From positions 169,386 through 233,385 of the forward strand of contig JADFXT010000001.1 of assembly GCA_015233405.1 (NCBI GenBank): DNA of 64,000 bases. Direction: 5' to 3'. The stretch comes from Candidatus Omnitrophota bacterium (GTDB taxonomy: Bacteria > Omnitrophota > Gorgyraeia > Zapsychrales > Zapsychraceae). The notes beneath the pieces were generated by a model. It saw nothing but the letters and a program-made list of their open reading frames with translations, was not told the origin of the DNA and made no database searches. Shown one piece after another: positions 9,223 to 19,678 of this stretch (within the stretch, counting starts at the first letter, position 1; each line of letters begins with the position of its first letter). A program made the position numbers and the translations under genes.

Positions 9223-9807
9223 ATGAATTACAGACTGTTTGTTTTTATTGTAGGAATAATGCTTGGATTGACAGCCACATCTCTGGTGAAGGCCGAGGAC
9301 GGCACGGTGGATGTTCTGACATTTGAGAATGGGGAAGCTAAAACTACCACAATGACTAAAGATGAAGTAAACGCAAACTATGTTCCTATTGGCCCGACAA
9401 TTCATATAGATGTTGATCAGAAAAAAGCGGAAGAAAATTTTAGTGCTGCCGAGGAGTATTTCTCAGAAGGAATAAATTTTTTAAAGAATGGGGAGTTTTC
9501 CAAAGCCTTGGATGCGTTTTTAGCGGCTGACAAGTTGCATCCAGGCGAAGCTACTATTTATAATGGCTTGGGGATGGCGTATCAAAAGACTGGCGATAAT
9601 GATCGGGCGTTACAATATTTTCAAAAAGCATTGGAAATCAAGCCGGATTCTTCAGAGTGCCTTGTTAATATTGCTTTTTACTATTACGATCTGGGCAACT
9701 GCGATTTAGCTTTGCCTTATTTTAAGAAAGCGTTGAGTTTAAATTCTCAAATGAATGGCTTAAGTCGGTATATTGATGAGTGTTCAAAAAAGATGAGTGG
9801 TCAATAG
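9223..9807 (+). CDS. secreted TPR-repeat protein
   Basis: Signal peptide plus TPR consensus (A...Y..LG.AY...G....A...F.KALE..P). Confidence 0.75.
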   Translation: MNYRLFVFIVGIMLGLTATSLVKAEDGTVDVLTFENGEAKTTTMTKDEVNANYVPIGPTIHIDVDQKKAEENFSAAEEYFSEGINFLKNGEFSKALDAFLAADKLHPGEATIYNGLGMAYQKTGDNDRALQYFQKALEIKPDSSECLVNIAFYYYDLGNCDLALPYFKKALSLNSQMNGLSRYIDECSKKMSGQ

Positions 9808-9867
9808 TTATTTAAAATGAAAAGGAAACGAAAGAGGACGGTTCTGTTTTTACAAATTCTATAAATT

Positions 9868-10668
9868 ATGATTATTGACACCCACACTCATTTAGACCAT
9901 ATCAAACACGTTGACGAGGCATTGGTGCGAGCTTATGAAGTGGGCGTCGAGGCGGTTATGGCCGTCGGGATCGATGCGGTCACATCCCGGAGGAATCTGG
10001 AATTAAGCCAACGGCAGGCGGCCAACTGGCCTAAGATTTATTTGGCGTTCGGCATGCATCCGTCTGAAGCTAATGTTGAAGAGCTGAAGGATTGCATTCT
10101 TCTGATGTCCGAGCATGTGGCGCATTTAAAAGCCGTCGGTGAGATCGGGCTCGATTTCTGGTATCCGTGGGTCAAGAAGTCCGACGTCAAGAAAGATGTC
10201 CAGCGGCAGGTTTTCCGTCGGCAACTAGAATTCGCCAAACAGCTCAATTTGCCGGTGATTGTCCATTCTCGTGGCGCGTGGGACGAATGTTATCAGATGG
10301 TAATGGACCTGGGAATTACAAAAGCCCTGTTCCATTGGTACAGCGGACCGGTTGATGTCTTAACAAAAATTTTAGACGCTGGTTTTTATATGTCGGCCAC
10401 ACCGTCGTTGGCCTACAGTCCTCAGGCGCGGGAAGCGGTTAACGTCGTGCCGCTTAACCGATTATTGGTTGAAACCGACAGTCCGGTGACTTTTAGAAGA
10501 CTTAAAGGACAGGCCGACGGTAAAGATGACTGGGAACCATTTGAAGCAGAGCCGAAGGATGTTTTTAAGGCTTTGGACTATGTCGCTGAAATAAAAAAAC
10601 AATCCCGGGAAGATGTCTTAGGGGTTGTGAATGATAACGCAAAACAATTTTTTCGTCTTACCGAATAA
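9868..10668 (+). CDS. tatD: TatD-family metal-dependent hydrolase
   Basis: IDTHTHLD start, GEIGLDF, and HSR...HWYSG motifs. Confidence 0.85.
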   Translation: MIIDTHTHLDHIKHVDEALVRAYEVGVEAVMAVGIDAVTSRRNLELSQRQAANWPKIYLAFGMHPSEANVEELKDCILLMSEHVAHLKAVGEIGLDFWYPWVKKSDVKKDVQRQVFRRQLEFAKQLNLPVIVHSRGAWDECYQMVMDLGITKALFHWYSGPVDVLTKILDAGFYMSATPSLAYSPQAREAVNVVPLNRLLVETDSPVTFRRLKGQADGKDDWEPFEAEPKDVFKALDYVAEIKKQSREDVLGVVNDNAKQFFRLTE

Positions 10669-10683
10669 AAGGAGCTTTGTTTT

Positions 10684-12732
10684 ATGAAGATAAAAAAGTT
10701 TTTTCTGGGAGTTTTGTATTTTATCATCGCCGTCGTCCTTTTAGGGGTCCTTGCTTATTTCTACATGAAGATCCCGCTTTCCGTCGAGAGGATTTTACCG
10801 AAAGGCCCGGTCGCCTATGTGAAGATCGCGGATGTTGAACATACAGCCCAGAAAATCATTACCTCATCTCCTTGGAAGACCATGCTTAATCTTAATTACG
10901 ATATCTTGATCGAGAAGAAGATCATGACTGCGGACCAAAAAGCCATGATTGAAATGATAAAGGAAAATCAGGAAAAGGTTCTTAACCATTTTCTTTTCAA
11001 AAAATTTCTTGGCAAGGAGATCACGTTCGCTTTTTATATCGACGCCTCCGATTTGGAAAGCTTGAAGAATGCAGGCCCAAAACAGAAAGCCGAGGACATT
11101 CAAAAGTTTTTTTCCAACTTGTTTGTCGTCACAAGGATCGCGCCGGAAGCACAAGTGATAGAATCGCTGGCGGCCATGTTCGCCAAACAAGTCAGCCAGG
11201 GGCAAGCGGCTCAAATAGAAGTTGTGACATATAAAGGCCATCAAATATTGATGTTCAAATCGTCGGACAAAGGCGTTGATATTGGTATCACGCGTATCAA
11301 AGATCTGCTTGTCTTAGGCCTGGGAGATAAAGCGGTCAAAGCAGCCATTGATGTTGTGAGAAATGAAAAACCGTCTTTGGCTTCCGACAGTGGTTTTACA
11401 GACATTCAGAAACATGAATTGAAACCAGCGACGATTGAAGGTTATGTGAATTTTCTTCAGATTGCCATGATCTTAAAGGACCAAATCAAGTCGCTCAAGG
11501 CCCAGGAACAAACGGCAATTGAAAATATCTTTCCGTATAAAGCGATAGGTTTGTCGGTTGTTTGGGATAATTTGCCTAAGGTAAAAATCGATATACAGAT
11601 GAGCGACAAACAGAAAACATTTTCTTCGAGCTGTGCTTTAGATAATCAAAGCATTCCATTTGTCCCCGACGGGGCTTTGGGATATGCGTGGTATGGCTGT
11701 TTGGATTTAAACGGAGCTTGGGAGATGGCTAAAAAGGACCTTCAGAAAGAAGAAGGGAACGCTTCGCCCAAAGATGCTCAGTCTTCGTCGAGAGCCAAGG
11801 CCATCGAAGAAAAAATTGGTTTTAAGATCGAACAGGACATCCTTCCGATTTTTGGCAAAGAGATCGGTGGATATTTGGCGAATATTGACGTCCAGAAAAC
11901 CATGGTTGTCCCGCAGCTTGTCTTCTTTGTGGAGATAAAGGATAAAGCGAAAAGTGAGGCCTTGATGGAAAAGCTTTTAAGCAAGACGCCTCTTCGGCCT
12001 AAGGAAGAAAATTATGCCGGCACGGCCATTCATTATATGGAACTTCCTTTTGAAAATCTGGGCCCGGCGTATTGTTATCTGGATAAATATTTATTGGTGG
12101 GAGTTAACCGGGATTTGTTAAAAAAGTCCCTTGACCTTTATGCCAAGAAGACTGGTTCGCTTATGACGCCTGCGGATTTTAAAGGCTTGGACCCTAGTTT
12201 CTCGCAGAAAAACCTCGCTGTGGTTTTTGTGCGGGTCAATCAGATCATGCTAAAGATCCAAGACGTCGTGCGATTTATCGACGGGCTATTTGATATCCAG
12301 GCGGCCAAGGTCAAAGCATTTCAGGCGGGAACCCAAAAACGGCTGGAAGAACTTCAGAATAATATTGTAAAAAATGAAGAGACCTCAAAGCGTGTGCAGA
12401 AAGATTTGGGTCCGCTTAATGATGCTATTTGGGATTTAGAAGCCAAGAATTTGGACCGCACGGCTGAGGAGCAAAAGAAGAAGGCCGTTGAGACGCAAAT
12501 CCAGGCTTTAGCCCAAGAGGTTCAGACGGACCGTAAGACCGTCGAAGAATTGAAAGTTCTTGTGACGAAGTGTAACAAGACACTTGAAACCGATGCCTCC
12601 TGGAAAATATATTTTAAGGAGTTCATCATTCCTGTCTTAAGCAGTTTCTCGACGATAAATTCGGTCGGGACAAGGCAAATTTATAACGGCAATATTTTAG
12701 AGACAACAAGTTTCTTTAAATTACAGAAATAA
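10684..12732 (+). CDS. membrane-anchored hypothetical protein with C-terminal coiled-coil
   Basis: 682-aa ORF with an N-terminal TM helix. No catalytic motif recognised. Confidence 0.55.
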   Translation: MKIKKFFLGVLYFIIAVVLLGVLAYFYMKIPLSVERILPKGPVAYVKIADVEHTAQKIITSSPWKTMLNLNYDILIEKKIMTADQKAMIEMIKENQEKVLNHFLFKKFLGKEITFAFYIDASDLESLKNAGPKQKAEDIQKFFSNLFVVTRIAPEAQVIESLAAMFAKQVSQGQAAQIEVVTYKGHQILMFKSSDKGVDIGITRIKDLLVLGLGDKAVKAAIDVVRNEKPSLASDSGFTDIQKHELKPATIEGYVNFLQIAMILKDQIKSLKAQEQTAIENIFPYKAIGLSVVWDNLPKVKIDIQMSDKQKTFSSSCALDNQSIPFVPDGALGYAWYGCLDLNGAWEMAKKDLQKEEGNASPKDAQSSSRAKAIEEKIGFKIEQDILPIFGKEIGGYLANIDVQKTMVVPQLVFFVEIKDKAKSEALMEKLLSKTPLRPKEENYAGTAIHYMELPFENLGPAYCYLDKYLLVGVNRDLLKKSLDLYAKKTGSLMTPADFKGLDPSFSQKNLAVVFVRVNQIMLKIQDVVRFIDGLFDIQAAKVKAFQAGTQKRLEELQNNIVKNEETSKRVQKDLGPLNDAIWDLEAKNLDRTAEEQKKKAVETQIQALAQEVQTDRKTVEELKVLVTKCNKTLETDASWKIYFKEFIIPVLSSFSTINSVGTRQIYNGNILETTSFFKLQK

Positions 12733-12820
12733 AGGTAGAGAAGATAAGGTGGTAGACAATCAGGAATCTTTAACATAAAATGAAGTCCATTCTCTAGAAA
12801 GAAATTTAGGAGCAGTTGCC

Positions 12821-13696
12821 ATGTTTGAAATTCTTAATAAACAAATCGTGACCCAGGACATCAAGCGGATTGATATCTATGCGCCTGATATTGCCAAAAA
12901 GGTGGAGCCGGGACAGTTTGTCCGCGTCTCTCCGGAAGAGGGCGATGAGCATATCCCTTTAAGCGTCGTCGATTGGGACAGAAAAAAAGGGACCATATCG
13001 TTCATCTTTCAGGAAATCGGGCAAACCACGGGTAAGTTGGGGTCGCTTCCTATTAATGAGCCGATCTTTTCCGTGCTCGGGCCATTGGGGTTTGCGTCTA
13101 AGATAGAGAAAAAAGGAACGGTTGTTTGTATCGCCACAGGCATCGGCACCGCGCAGATCCTTCCGATTTGCCGGGCGTATCAGAAATCAGGGAATAAAGT
13201 GATCGGGATCATTGGCGCCAAGACAAAAAAAAATTTGTTATTGGAAGCCCAGATGCGTATCGCATGTAATAAAGTTTTTATCGCCACCCAGGATGGGACG
13301 TATGAACGTAAAGGCCTGGCCACGGATGTCCTGAAGGATTTGGTCCATAAAAAAGAAGTCGATTTTGTTTATGCTATTGGCTCTATTGAGATGATGAAAG
13401 AGGTTTGTCGTCTGACCCAAGACAATAATATTCCAACACGCGTCCAGCTTAAGCCGATTATGGTGGACTGCCTGGGGATGTGCGGGTCCTGCCGTGTGAA
13501 GGTTGATAATAAAATCGTTTTTGCCTGTGTCGAAGGGCCGGAATTTGACGGGCACAAAGTCGATTTTGATGATTTTATCCGACGGATGAAAGGATTTGAG
13601 GAGTCTGTTCCATGTCCACACAAAACACAGTTCAACCAGCAGAAAAAAGAATCCGGACCTTTAATGAGGTTTCTCTCGGGTATTCTAAGCGATTAG
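12821..13696 (+). CDS. PyrK/NfnA-like FAD/NAD-binding oxidoreductase subunit with C-terminal Fe-S Cys motif
   Basis: PGQFVxV, a GxGxA nucleotide-binding loop, and CGxCRV near the C-terminus. Paired with a GltD-like subunit. Confidence 0.75.
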   Translation: MFEILNKQIVTQDIKRIDIYAPDIAKKVEPGQFVRVSPEEGDEHIPLSVVDWDRKKGTISFIFQEIGQTTGKLGSLPINEPIFSVLGPLGFASKIEKKGTVVCIATGIGTAQILPICRAYQKSGNKVIGIIGAKTKKNLLLEAQMRIACNKVFIATQDGTYERKGLATDVLKDLVHKKEVDFVYAIGSIEMMKEVCRLTQDNNIPTRVQLKPIMVDCLGMCGSCRVKVDNKIVFACVEGPEFDGHKVDFDDFIRRMKGFEESVPCPHKTQFNQQKKESGPLMRFLSGILSD

Positions 13697-14973
13697 TCTT
13701 AGAGGAAGCTCAGCGTTGTCCGCAGTGCTCGAATCCGGAGTGCATGAAAGAGCGCGGGTGCCCATTAGGGATTTTGATCCCCGGGTTTATCCGTTTCTTG
13801 CGCGAAGGTCATTTGCAACAAAGCTATCTTGAAATTTCCGAACGGAATTGTTTTCCGGCGATTTGCGGGCGCATTTGTTCAGCGCCGTGTGAAAAAGCAT
13901 GCATTCTCGCCAAGGACGGAAATCCAATCGCCATTCGCGCCCTGGAACGTTTTTCGTCGGACTTTGGGAAAACGCGGTCGAAGAAAGAACCTAAGAACCG
14001 AAACGGAAAGAAAGTGGCGATTGCTGGTGCCGGTCCTGCAGGATTGACCGCAGCCTGGCAGCTCGCTCTTAAAGGTTATCAGGTCACGGTGTTCGAGTCC
14101 ATGGACAAGCCCGGTGGTGTTTTACGCTATGGCGTTCCGGAGTTTCGTCTTCCTAAAAGGATTCTCGACGGAGAAATTAATGATATCAAGGCCTTAGGGG
14201 TGGAGATCCGGACGAATTTCCTGGTCGGGAAAACCGCAGCCATCGAGGATCTGCTTAAAGAGGGATATCAGGCGGTCCTTCTTGCGACGGGTGCGGGGAT
14301 CACAAAATTTATGGAACTCCCCGGTGCGAATTTAACCGGCGTCTATTATGGAGAAGAATTCTTGATGCGGGTCAATTTAATGAAAATGAATATTTTTTCC
14401 CAAAATATTCCGGCTTTTCCGATAGGCAAAAAGATCGCGGTCGTCGGCAGCGGCAACACGGCTTTGGATTGCGCACGTGCGGCGGTACGACTTAATCGAG
14501 AGGTCACTCTTATTTTTCGTCGGACACAAGAAGAAATGCGGGTACGCCAGGAGGATTGTGAGTACGGGAAAGAGGAAGGCGTTAAGCTCGAGCCGTTAAC
14601 GCGACCGGTGGAGGTGCTCTCTGACGCCCAAAACCGTGTGGGCGGGTTAAAATGTATCCGGATGGATTATGCGGATGTCAGCGGCGACGGCACATGGGAT
14701 TTATTGCCGGTCCCTGACTCTGAATTTGTCCTGGATGTTGATACGGTGATTCTGGCCATCGGCCATCGGCCGAATTCTTTAATCGCCAAAAGCGAATCAA
14801 AGTTGATGCTCAACGACAATGAAACCGTTTATGTGGATCCTGTCACGCGAATGACGCCTATCCCCGGGGTTTTTGCCGCCGGAAATGTCGTCACTAACGC
14901 CGGGCCTTTGGTGAGCGCCATGGCCTCTGGTATCAAAGCCGCCCAGAATATTGATAATTATTTAAAATCTTAA
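13612..14973 (+). CDS. GltD/NfnB-like NADPH-dependent oxidoreductase (glutamate synthase small-subunit family)
   Basis: N-terminal Cys clusters (CPQC...C), two GxGxxG folds (IAGAGPAGL, VVGSGNTALD), and YGVPEFRLPK. Confidence 0.8.
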   Translation: MSTQNTVQPAEKRIRTFNEVSLGYSKRLVLEEAQRCPQCSNPECMKERGCPLGILIPGFIRFLREGHLQQSYLEISERNCFPAICGRICSAPCEKACILAKDGNPIAIRALERFSSDFGKTRSKKEPKNRNGKKVAIAGAGPAGLTAAWQLALKGYQVTVFESMDKPGGVLRYGVPEFRLPKRILDGEINDIKALGVEIRTNFLVGKTAAIEDLLKEGYQAVLLATGAGITKFMELPGANLTGVYYGEEFLMRVNLMKMNIFSQNIPAFPIGKKIAVVGSGNTALDCARAAVRLNREVTLIFRRTQEEMRVRQEDCEYGKEEGVKLEPLTRPVEVLSDAQNRVGGLKCIRMDYADVSGDGTWDLLPVPDSEFVLDVDTVILAIGHRPNSLIAKSESKLMLNDNETVYVDPVTRMTPIPGVFAAGNVVTNAGPLVSAMASGIKAAQNIDNYLKS

Positions 14974-14974
14974 T

Positions 14975-15832
14975 ATGGCCAAATTATTGTCTTCCCCTCA
15001 AATCGAAAAGATCGTCGCTAAGAAAAAGAGCGGTGAAAAGATCACTATGATCGCCGCTTATGATTATCCTTTTGCCTTGTTGGCGGACAGGGCTGACGCG
15101 GATATTATTCTCGTTGGAGATTCCTTGGCCAATGTTGTTCTTGGCCTGGAGAAAACAAAAGACGTGACGATGGACGAGATGATTCATCACGCCAAGGCGG
15201 TACGACGGGCAGTTAAGGATGCGTTGGTCGTCGGTGATATGCCGTTTGAATCTTACCAGAATGACGGGAAAACAGCTGTTTTAAGCGCCCAACGATTTAT
15301 TAAAGAAGCCGGGTGCGACGCGGTCAAGATGGAATGGTCCGACCGTTGCCCCTTATTGACACGAGAAATCCGCGCCGCGGGAATCCCCGTGATGGGACAC
15401 GTTGGCTTGACGCCGCAGACCGCTGAACAATTGGGCGGACTTAAAGTTCAGGGCAAAGATGCGGATTCTGCTCGACGGATTATTCAAAACGCTCTGGAGT
15501 TGGAAGCGTTTGGGTGTTTTAGTATGGTCCTTGAATGTGTTCCTGCACCGCTCGCGAAAATGATCACTAAAAAACTGTCGATCCCGACGATTGGGATTGG
15601 TGCGGGGGTTTATTGCGATGGCCAGGTTTTGGTCCTCCACGATATTTTAGGTCTGTCCACAGGCAAGAATCCTAAATTTGTTAAACAGTATGCTCATTTA
15701 TATGACCAGGTTTTAAGCGCCATTACAAATTTCCGTGAAGATGTTCAAACCAGCCGGTTCCCGGATGCAGAGCATAGTTATTCCATGTCGCCGGAAGAAC
15801 TTCAGAAATTGACAACCCATAACGAGGATTGA
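14975..15832 (+). CDS. panB: 3-methyl-2-oxobutanoate hydroxymethyltransferase
   Basis: MITAYDYPxA, LVGDSLxxVxxG and GIGAG motifs. Confidence 0.9.
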   Translation: MAKLLSSPQIEKIVAKKKSGEKITMIAAYDYPFALLADRADADIILVGDSLANVVLGLEKTKDVTMDEMIHHAKAVRRAVKDALVVGDMPFESYQNDGKTAVLSAQRFIKEAGCDAVKMEWSDRCPLLTREIRAAGIPVMGHVGLTPQTAEQLGGLKVQGKDADSARRIIQNALELEAFGCFSMVLECVPAPLAKMITKKLSIPTIGIGAGVYCDGQVLVLHDILGLSTGKNPKFVKQYAHLYDQVLSAITNFREDVQTSRFPDAEHSYSMSPEELQKLTTHNED

Positions 15833-15858
15833 CAGCTAAGAAATCAAGAGGTGTTGAT

Positions 15859-16209
15859 ATGAAAAAGTGCCCATTTTGCGCGGAAGAAATTCAGGACGAA
15901 GCCATTAAATGCCGTCACTGCGGTGAATTTTTAGACAAGAACATGCGGATCATTGCTCCGCCGCCTCAAGATGATGTTAAATGGTATTTTAAGCCGGTGA
16001 CGCTTATCACGATTTTCCTTTGCGTCGGGCCGCTCGTTCTGCCGCTGATTTGGTTTCATCCGCATTATAAGAAATCCAATAAGATCATCCTGACTATTGT
16101 TATTCTTGTTCTTTCGTTTTTTATTACGCGGATGTTTTTGACGGCTTTTAAATCGATCAAGGATTATTACAGTGTGATTCTCAACAGCGGGCAGGGAAGT
16201 CCGTTCTAA
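15859..16209 (+). CDS. zinc-ribbon membrane protein
   Basis: [11 protein letters not shown]...CRHCG zinc ribbon followed by two TM segments. ATG 15859 has an upstream AGAGG. Confidence 0.6.
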   Translation: MKKCPFCAEEIQDEAIKCRHCGEFLDKNMRIIAPPPQDDVKWYFKPVTLITIFLCVGPLVLPLIWFHPHYKKSNKIILTIVILVLSFFITRMFLTAFKSIKDYYSVILNSGQGSPF

Positions 16210-16302
16210 TTTCTCAAATCAAATTTTTTTTATTTCTTCATTTTTATTTAGGAATGTGCTATAGTAGACGAAAATTTGACATTTTTTAAGAAAGGAGCAT
16301 GT

Positions 16303-16842
16303 ATGAAAAAAATTTTATTAACAATACTCTTTGGAACGCTCTTAATTCCTTTATTATGTTTAAATAGTTCTGCTCAGGACGCTGCGAAGACAGATGAAGT
16401 GGCCGCACAGCCGGCTAATGAGGTCCAAGCCGCTCAACCTGCTGAAGCCCAGCCAGCTCAAAATCCTCAAGAAGAAGACCAATTGTTCGGGTTCGGTAAA
16501 GTTGTGCAAATTTCGGCAACAGCCATGAGCTTAACCGAATATGATTTCGAAACGGACAAAGAACAGCAAATTGATTACGTTCTTAATGACCAGACCAAAT
16601 TGGATAATATTGCAAATTTAAGCGAAATCAAAGTCGCTGATGAAGTTGGCGTTAATTATGAAGAGAAGGACGGCAAAAAGATCGCCAAGACCATTTTTAA
16701 ATATGTTGATATGGAAGAAGAAGGCACAACAGACGCCGGAGCTGCGGACACAACAGAAGCGACAACACCTGCCCCAGCTGCGGGAGAACCTGCTGCTGCT
16801 CCTGTTCAAGAGCAAACAGAACCTGCACCAGCTGCAAAATAG
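16303..16842 (+). CDS. secreted Ala/Pro/Glu-rich protein with small beta-rich core
   Basis: Signal peptide from MKKILLTILFG..., preceded by an AAGGAG RBS. Confidence 0.6.
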   Translation: MKKILLTILFGTLLIPLLCLNSSAQDAAKTDEVAAQPANEVQAAQPAEAQPAQNPQEEDQLFGFGKVVQISATAMSLTEYDFETDKEQQIDYVLNDQTKLDNIANLSEIKVADEVGVNYEEKDGKKIAKTIFKYVDMEEEGTTDAGAADTTEATTPAPAAGEPAAAPVQEQTEPAPAAK

Positions 16843-16864
16843 TTTTTTAAGATGATTTCTCGCG

Positions 16865-16899
16865 AAAGCCCACTTGAATAAAGTGGGCTTTTTGTTTTT
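16865..16899 (+). terminator. intrinsic terminator
   Basis: AAAGCCCACTT-gaata-AAGTGGGCTTT followed by a T-rich run. Confidence 0.65.
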
Positions 16900-16975
16900 A
16901 CTCGCCGATATTAAGAAAGATGCATTTTTAAAAAAAAGATAGTGTATAATATTTTTTCAAAGGAGCTAGCTAGAG

Positions 16976-17647
16976 ATGAGAATTCTTATTGTCGAGGATG
17001 AACAAAAGGTCGCGGATTTTATCAAGCGGGGTTTAAAAGAAGAAGGATATGCCGTCGATGTGGCGTATGACGGAGAGCAAGGGCATTTTCTTGCGACAAC
17101 AAATGATCATGACCTGATTATTCTCGATGTCATGCTTCCTGAAATTGACGGGATCACTTTGTGCCAGAGGCTCCGCAAAGAAAAAGTGCTCATTCCTATT
17201 TTGATGTTAACGGCCAGAGATGCGGTCTTAGATAAAGTCAAAGGGCTTGATTCGGGCGCGAATGATTATCTGACAAAGCCGTTTGCCTTTGCTGAACTGT
17301 TGGCAAGAATCCGTTCTCTGCTGCGGCATGCCGAAAACCATCAGGCGATAAATTTGCAGGTCGGGGATTTGACGCTCGATGTCGTGACCCATAAAGCGTC
17401 GAGGGCCGGACAACCAATCGAGCTTACCTTAAAGGAATATGCTTTGTTGGAATATCTGATGCGTAATGCCGGCACTATTGTCACCCGAACTATGATTTCC
17501 GAACACGTATGGGACATTCATTTTGACACCTTCACCAATGTGATTGACGTGTACATCAATTATTTACGCCGCAAGATCGACCAGGGATTTAAAAAGAAGC
17601 TTCTTCATACCGTCCGCGGCCGGGGATATATTTTAAAGGAGGGATAG
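16976..17647 (+). CDS. OmpR-family response regulator (CusR/CopR-like)
   Basis: MRILIVEDE start, receiver Asp (LDVMLP), and a winged-helix C-terminus (...TVRGRGYIL). Confidence 0.9.
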   Translation: MRILIVEDEQKVADFIKRGLKEEGYAVDVAYDGEQGHFLATTNDHDLIILDVMLPEIDGITLCQRLRKEKVLIPILMLTARDAVLDKVKGLDSGANDYLTKPFAFAELLARIRSLLRHAENHQAINLQVGDLTLDVVTHKASRAGQPIELTLKEYALLEYLMRNAGTIVTRTMISEHVWDIHFDTFTNVIDVYINYLRRKIDQGFKKKLLHTVRGRGYILKEG

Positions 17648-19119
17648 TGGTTCATTTAACGATACGCGCGCGTATTATTTTTTGGTTTGGGCTTATCATC
17701 ACGGCTATTCTTTGCGCATTTAGCGTTTTGGTTTATTTTAATTTCCAGACAGCTCTTTTGGCGAATACGGATGACTTCTTGGAATTGAAAGCGGAAGGGG
17801 TCCTGGATTATATTGACGCCTATTGGGTTGCTCAGAACCGTAAAGGGCTTGAGAACAGCAGGGAAACAGCGTCTTTTATTAAAACGAACAGCCGTAATTT
17901 TGTTAAGATCGCTCAAAATCGTGTGGGCGAAATCCCGGTCGATCCTGCCTTGACGGACATTTCCCTTAGCATTTTCTCGACGGAAGGACAGCTTCTGGCT
18001 TCTTCTGACAGTGTTGCCAAAAATAAATGGCTTTCCCCTCAAGCGCTGAAGGCTGTTTTAAAAGGAAAAAGTTTTTTTGACCCTCTCGTCGGGAATCTAT
18101 CCCGACAACCTCAAGCATCGAGACGCATTATTACGGTCCCGGTCGTGGAAGGCAACACGATTATTTGCATTTTACAATTAGCAAAGCCGTTAACGGATGC
18201 ACAAAGAACGTTAAATCAACTTAAGATTAAATTGGCGATGTTTTTACCCGTATCTATTTTATTGGTGGTTGTTGCGGCGTGGTTATTGGCCAGTCTTATT
18301 TTACATCCGCTGAAGAGTATTATTCATACCGTCCGTCATATTACGGCCGATAAATTGTCTTCCCGCGTTCCTTTATTCACGACAAAAGATGAAATCCGCG
18401 ATCTGTCCGAGACTTTTAATGATATGCTCGAGAAGCTCGAGAAGGCGTTTTTAATGCAAGAACGAATTGTCCAGGATGTTTCGCATGAACTAAGGACCCC
18501 ATTGACCATTTTAAAAGGGGAGATGGAGGTCGCGCTTAAAAAGGCGCGATCACCGGAAGAATATCAGGCAACACTCACAAGCGGACTTGAAGAGATCAAC
18601 AAGATCAATCATATGGTCGAAAACCTGCTTCTTTTGGCCCGTTTTGACAGCCATCAATCTGGGTTGGTTTTGAAAGAGATTGATTTTGAAAGTTTTGTCC
18701 AAGGGATCATCGATGACATGAGCCTTTTTGCCAAGCAGAAGAGTATTGTCATTCATACTGACTTGACCAAGGATGTTTTTATCCGTGCGGATGAGCAGCA
18801 TCTCTATCGCGCTTTAATTAATATTTTAGACAATGCCGTTAAATATACGCCCCAAGGAGGAAATATTTTTGTAACTCTGAAGAAAACTCCGGACATGACC
18901 GTGCTTGGCGTGGCGGATACGGGAATCGGCATTGACCCCAATCGCCTTCCTTTTATCTTTGACCGGTTCTACCGGGCAGATACCTCGCGTTCTAGTCGAG
19001 GATTTGGCTTGGGATTAAGTATCGCTAAAACTATTATTGATGCCCACGATGGTAAAATAGAAGTCACAAGCCTTCTGAAGCGGGGAACATCATTCCTTGT
19101 ATCTTTTCCGCTTGCCTAG
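17647..19119 (+). CDS. HAMP-domain sensor histidine kinase
   Basis: Two TM segments, a HAMP domain, H-box SHELRTPL, N-box DNAVKYT, and G-boxes DTGIGI / GFGLGLSI. Confidence 0.9.
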   Translation: MVHLTIRARIIFWFGLIITAILCAFSVLVYFNFQTALLANTDDFLELKAEGVLDYIDAYWVAQNRKGLENSRETASFIKTNSRNFVKIAQNRVGEIPVDPALTDISLSIFSTEGQLLASSDSVAKNKWLSPQALKAVLKGKSFFDPLVGNLSRQPQASRRIITVPVVEGNTIICILQLAKPLTDAQRTLNQLKIKLAMFLPVSILLVVVAAWLLASLILHPLKSIIHTVRHITADKLSSRVPLFTTKDEIRDLSETFNDMLEKLEKAFLMQERIVQDVSHELRTPLTILKGEMEVALKKARSPEEYQATLTSGLEEINKINHMVENLLLLARFDSHQSGLVLKEIDFESFVQGIIDDMSLFAKQKSIVIHTDLTKDVFIRADEQHLYRALINILDNAVKYTPQGGNIFVTLKKTPDMTVLGVADTGIGIDPNRLPFIFDRFYRADTSRSSRGFGLGLSIAKTIIDAHDGKIEVTSLLKRGTSFLVSFPLA

Positions 19120-19325
19120 AGAGATGTTTTTCTACATTAGAATTATTTAATGTTCCTTTAATCTTCTTTTAATCCTTTTTTTGTATAGTCATTATTGTTA
19201 TTTAGAAAATAAATAGCAAATTTTTAAAAGAAGAAAGGAGGCGATTTAATAATTCTTAAATAAAAAAATCCATGAGTCGAAATTAAAGGTCATCAAAATA
19301 ATATTATTTTTTTAAGGAGGGTAAC

Positions 19326-19652
19326 ATGAAGAAATTTCTAGTGATTTTAGTGGCTGCCATATTTATGGCAGGAGTGGCAAATGTTAGTTTTGCGCAAGTC
19401 AAGCATCCTAAAAAAGCAGTAGCTCCTACAGTAGAAAAAACAAAGGGAACCATTGTTTCTATCGATGCTGCCAAAAAAGAAATTGTTGTTAAAGATGCAA
19501 AATCGGGCGAATCCAAGACATTCGTGGTCGATGAAAAAGTTCTTGCTACGCTTGCGGCAGACCAGAAAGTCAAAATTACGACTAAGGTTGGAAGCAATGT
19601 TGCAGAAAGTGTTAAAGTTATGAAAGAAGAAAAAGCAATGAAAAAGAAATAA
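19326..19652 (+). CDS. small secreted protein
   Basis: Signal peptide ...VSFAQ, with a GGAGGG RBS upstream. Confidence 0.6.
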   Translation: MKKFLVILVAAIFMAGVANVSFAQVKHPKKAVAPTVEKTKGTIVSIDAAKKEIVVKDAKSGESKTFVVDEKVLATLAADQKVKITTKVGSNVAESVKVMKEEKAMKKK

Positions 19653-19678
19653 GCTGGCTATCCTTTAGGAGGAATTCC

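Noticed and set aside
9176-9845. Perfect 10-bp inverted repeat AGAACCGTCC / GGACGGTTCT flanking the TPR gene, as possible ends of a mobile cassette.
   Set aside because: A single 10-mer match across about 650 bp could be chance. There are no target-site duplications, no further extension of the repeat, and no mobility gene. The TPR gene composition looks native.
13612-13696. An 85-nt overlap between the NfnA-like and NfnB-like ORFs, as a possible frameshift or fusion signal.
   Set aside because: Both reading frames look intact across the overlap, and the NfnB-like N-terminal Cys cluster requires the early start. Without reads or homolog alignments, a genuine overlap or a slightly misplaced NfnA stop is as likely as an error. 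It is not interesting enough to list as a finding.
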